Positions 8,734 to 11,046 of a stretch of DNA of 11,046 nt are shown piece by piece. The DNA comes from Octopus sinensis. Its lineage: Eukaryota. The position numbers were made by a program, and so were the translations under genes. The notes under the pieces were generated by a model that ran no database searches, was not told the origin of the DNA, and was given only the letters and a program-made list of their open reading frames with translations. Positions within the stretch are counted from its first letter, which is position 1; the number at the start of each line of letters is the position of its first letter. Where the stretch lies: contig NW_021827180.1 of the NCBI RefSeq assembly GCF_006345805.1, forward strand, positions 1 through 11,046, written 5' to 3'.

Positions 8734-9564
8734 ATTCTATATTCAACATACCAAAACGACAAATTATGGTTAAACTATCTGTGTTTGACTTTGCCTTATG
8801 TCATTCCAATATAGTGCTTAGATTCATCCTTCGGTTAGGTTTGAAAGAAGTGACTTTAGCTCCATATACTATAGCTTCGGCATTACTTCATTTATTGTGT
8901 GTAAAAATTGGTGTTTCAGTAAGTGCAGCTTACAACATTTGATATTGTTAACTCCTGTGTTATAGAGTTGTTTTGTATACATACAGAGTATATATATCAA
9001 GGAGTACATTTTTAACTGTTATGCAGTTTATCTTGAAAAGTTTTTTGCAGTGGTGGTAGATTGAAAAATATCTCCGAATTTTTCGGGACCAACATTGGTT
9101 TTACAGGATCTTTTCGAGTGCTGACACAGATTTCGTGTTTTTTCAATTTTGTCACAATTGTTTTCAAATTTGGTTATACCATTTTAGCTTTCTATGCTAA
9201 TTATGGCAATGAAATTCATTTTTGGTACAAATTATTAACTAGAAAATTAATTATCTTCAAAGTTTGCAAATATTGGGTAATTTTAGCCAATCGAAACTTC
9301 ATCGTATATGTATATACATGTAGGTTATGTTTAAAATTGAAGTTTAGATAGAAGATTTTAAAATGTAGTATCTAAACCTTGTTTTGGGTATCTCCCCAGT
9401 AGCGTGCCTTGAGAGGACGTTAATCACATACGGCTCCCAGGCGTCATCCGCGGTACTGTACTTTAGTCGCAAAATCTACGTAAGGAAATCCTCGGTGCAC
9501 GCTTAGTACATTTTTAATAATTGATAGGGAAGACAGAGTGTATGGTAAAATGCCTTTAGTATGA

Positions 9565-9721
9565 AGATCGTTTCGGCTTACATCTGCACTGCTCTCTAGT
9601 AGGTGGGGAACGATATACTGGAACTGAATGCACTCCCACAATGCAGAAGAAACCTCATCAAACATAATACGTCACAGTGTTATAATATGGACATTTTGCT
9701 ACTGTGTGTGGCAGGATGGTG
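9565..9721 (-). mobile_element. 157-nt hammerhead-bearing insertion (retrozyme / PLE-LTR-like)
   Basis: 9-bp direct repeat TTAGTATGA at 9556-9564 and 9722-9730. Minus strand: TTGATGA (9661-9655), G-C-closed ~12-bp stem II (9654-9642 with 9588-9575), GAAAC, GATC, TTC ending at the flank. Confidence 0.55.
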
Positions 9722-9740
9722 TTAGTATGATGCTTTAGAT

Positions 9741-9825
9741 TACACACATACACACATACGCACACACGCGCATGTGCGTGGTGTGTGTGTATGTGCGTGC
9801 GTGCATGCGCGCGCAGGTGCGTGTA
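9741..9825. repeat. (CA)-rich followed by (TG)/(CG)-rich tract, partially self-complementary
   Basis: Directly visible; centred on CACGCGCATGTGCGTG. Confidence 0.85.
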
Positions 9826-9998
9826 AGTATATCTGTATGTACCTACTCACATTTATCATGTGATCGAATGGAAGAATAAATAAATTTGTGAGATATAATT
9901 TATGAACCAAATATCAAATTCAGAATCATTATTGAAGAGCAACGTTTGTCTTTGATGCATAAATATTTCTTTCTCTATGTCATCTATGTTGGGCGTTG

Positions 9999-10387
9999 GT
10001 GGAGGCGCAATGGCCCAGTGGTTAGGGCAGCGGACTCGCGGTCATAGGATCGCGGTTTCGATTCCCAGACCGGGCGTTGTGAATGTTTATTGAGCGAAAA
10101 TACCTAAAGCTCCACGAGGCTCCGGCAGGGGATGGTGGTGATCCCTGCTGTACTCTTTCACCACAACTTTCTCTCACTCTTACTTCCTGTTTCTGTTGTA
10201 CCTGTATTTCAAAGGGCCGGCCTTGTCACTCTCTGTGTCACGCTGAATATCCCCGAGAACTACGTTAAGGGTACACGTGTCTGTGGAGTGCTCAGCCACT
10301 TACAGGTTAATATCACGAGCAGGCTGTTCCGTTGATTCGGATCAACGGGAACCCTCGTCGTCGTAACCGACGGAGTGCTTCTCTCTC
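9999..10387 (+). mobile_element. tRNA-derived SINE, family C copy 3 (full length, nested in the PLE RT)
   Basis: 16-bp TSD TCTATGTTGGGCGTTG at 9983-9998 and 10388-10403; A box TGGCCCAGTGG 10011-10021; B box GGTTTCGATTCCC 10054-10066; (CT)n tail. Confidence 0.96.
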
Positions 10388-10739
10388 TCTATGTTGGGCG
10401 TTGATGAGTTGATGTTGAGAGATCGTAAAATGGAAACCAACATTGTGAAACGGAACAAAACTACAATAATATTTATTAATATTTTTAAACCAGCTGATTA
10501 AGGTACTTTTCCATTATGGGGTATGGTTAATCTTGGATAGTGTTGTTAATCTTGGATATTTCTTGTTGAGTAGTGTTACCGTTGTTTTAGATGAATTAGT
10601 CTACATTTTAGATCAGAGGTCAAGTTTTGTTTGTGGTCCTTAAGTGTGAAGTACGCCTCATTTATAACTAGGCATTCGCGCCTATCTTCTAATTTCAATT
10701 TCTGTGTGATTACATACAAGCACACACAATATTCACATG

Positions 10740-10905
10740 AATACACACATATATTTATACTATATATTGATATATATGTATATGCACACACACGAACATA
10801 TACATATGCACATATGTGCACATACATATATATAAAAACATATACATATACATACACACAACCACAAACACACACACACACACAAAACACACACGCATAC
10901 ACAAC
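10740..10905. repeat. Compound (TA/CA/CATA) low-complexity tract
   Basis: Directly visible; a (GA)-rich tract also runs from 11018 to the window end. Confidence 0.9.
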
Positions 10906-11046
10906 ATTCTACCTGGAGCGATAATTTAAAGACGTGAAAGGCATTAGCTAAACATAGTTTGTTAATAAACTTTATTCCGAGAAAACGAAGTCCTTGATAG
11001 TTGATGTTGGGAGATTAGTGAGAGACAAAGAGAGTGAGTGAGAGAG

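Larger units (their letters stand above)
8040..10710 (-). mobile_element. Fossil Penelope-like retroelement (RT + C-terminal GIY-YIG), fragmented by stops, frameshifts and nested insertions
   Basis: Colinear minus-strand motifs: KLKLEDRRECLVINEAYFTLKDHKQNLTSDLKCRLI (10701-10594); WKSTLISWFKNINKYYCSFVPFHNVGFHFTISQHQLINA (~10510-10394); IDDIEKEIFMHQRQTLLFNNDSEFDI (~9987-9910); VGTYRY, a decayed (V)GLYRDD (9846-9829); KTNVG (9102-9088); EAIVYGAKVTS (8878-8846); KHYIGMT*GKVKHR*FNHNLSF (YIG at 8813-8805); AYVSGIKVC (~8633-8607). The 8040-8135 extension beyond SINE A4 is less certain. Confidence 0.82.

Noticed and set aside
8562-8942. 126-aa plus-strand ORF with a faint cyclin/TFIIB-like 'PYTIASALL' helix
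   Set aside because: It lies antisense to the GIY-YIG remnant, which explains the sequence far better; motif spacing does not fit.
8550-9360. AT-rich segment considered as a mitochondrial insertion or MITE
   Set aside because: No mitochondrial protein similarity under the invertebrate code and no terminal inverted repeats; explained by the PLE linker and endonuclease.
9444-9665. 73-aa minus-strand ORF
   Set aside because: No recognisable motif; it crosses the putative insertion boundary and overlaps the hammerhead-like structure.
10001-10075. tRNA-like A/B boxes (also in the other SINE heads)
   Set aside because: They are SINE heads followed by non-tRNA bodies and TSDs; no complete cloverleaf.
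2941-10335. Recurrent ~61-67 aa ORFs (MVANPAVLFHH..., MFIERK...)
   Set aside because: They are translations of family C SINE copies, not genes; the same applies to the ORFs inside family A and B copies.
10526-10558. 14-bp direct repeat GTTAATCTTGGATA (period 19)
   Set aside because: Only two copies, inside the PLE RT remnant; a local duplication, not a CRISPR or regulatory array.

Overview
Eukaryotic, AT-rich, repeat-saturated DNA with no prokaryotic gene layout and no CRISPR array. The SINE families look like those I recall from coleoid cephalopods (most likely Octopus); this is recognition, not a database result. Contents: nine tRNA-headed SINE copies from three families (several with clear target-site duplications), many microsatellites including a ~1.08 kb (CATA/CATG)n array, and a dead RTE-clade LINE fragment. 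Not visible in the ORF track is a heavily decayed but nearly complete Penelope-like element (PLE; RT plus C-terminal GIY-YIG endonuclease) on the minus strand at ~8040-10710, interrupted by later insertions. Two weaker PLE 3' remnants lie on the plus strand. The most interesting signal is a set of degenerate type I hammerhead-ribozyme cores. The best one ends a 157-nt, TSD-flanked insertion (9565-9721) at its predicted self-cleavage site, suggesting a retrozyme or PLE-LTR-like RNA copied into DNA. One plausible spliced exon (7549-7698) and one weaker candidate (1665-1837) suggest the window may be intronic. Nearly all long ORFs in the track are microsatellite, SINE or antisense artefacts. All protein-family calls rest on motifs recalled from memory and need HMM/BLAST confirmation.
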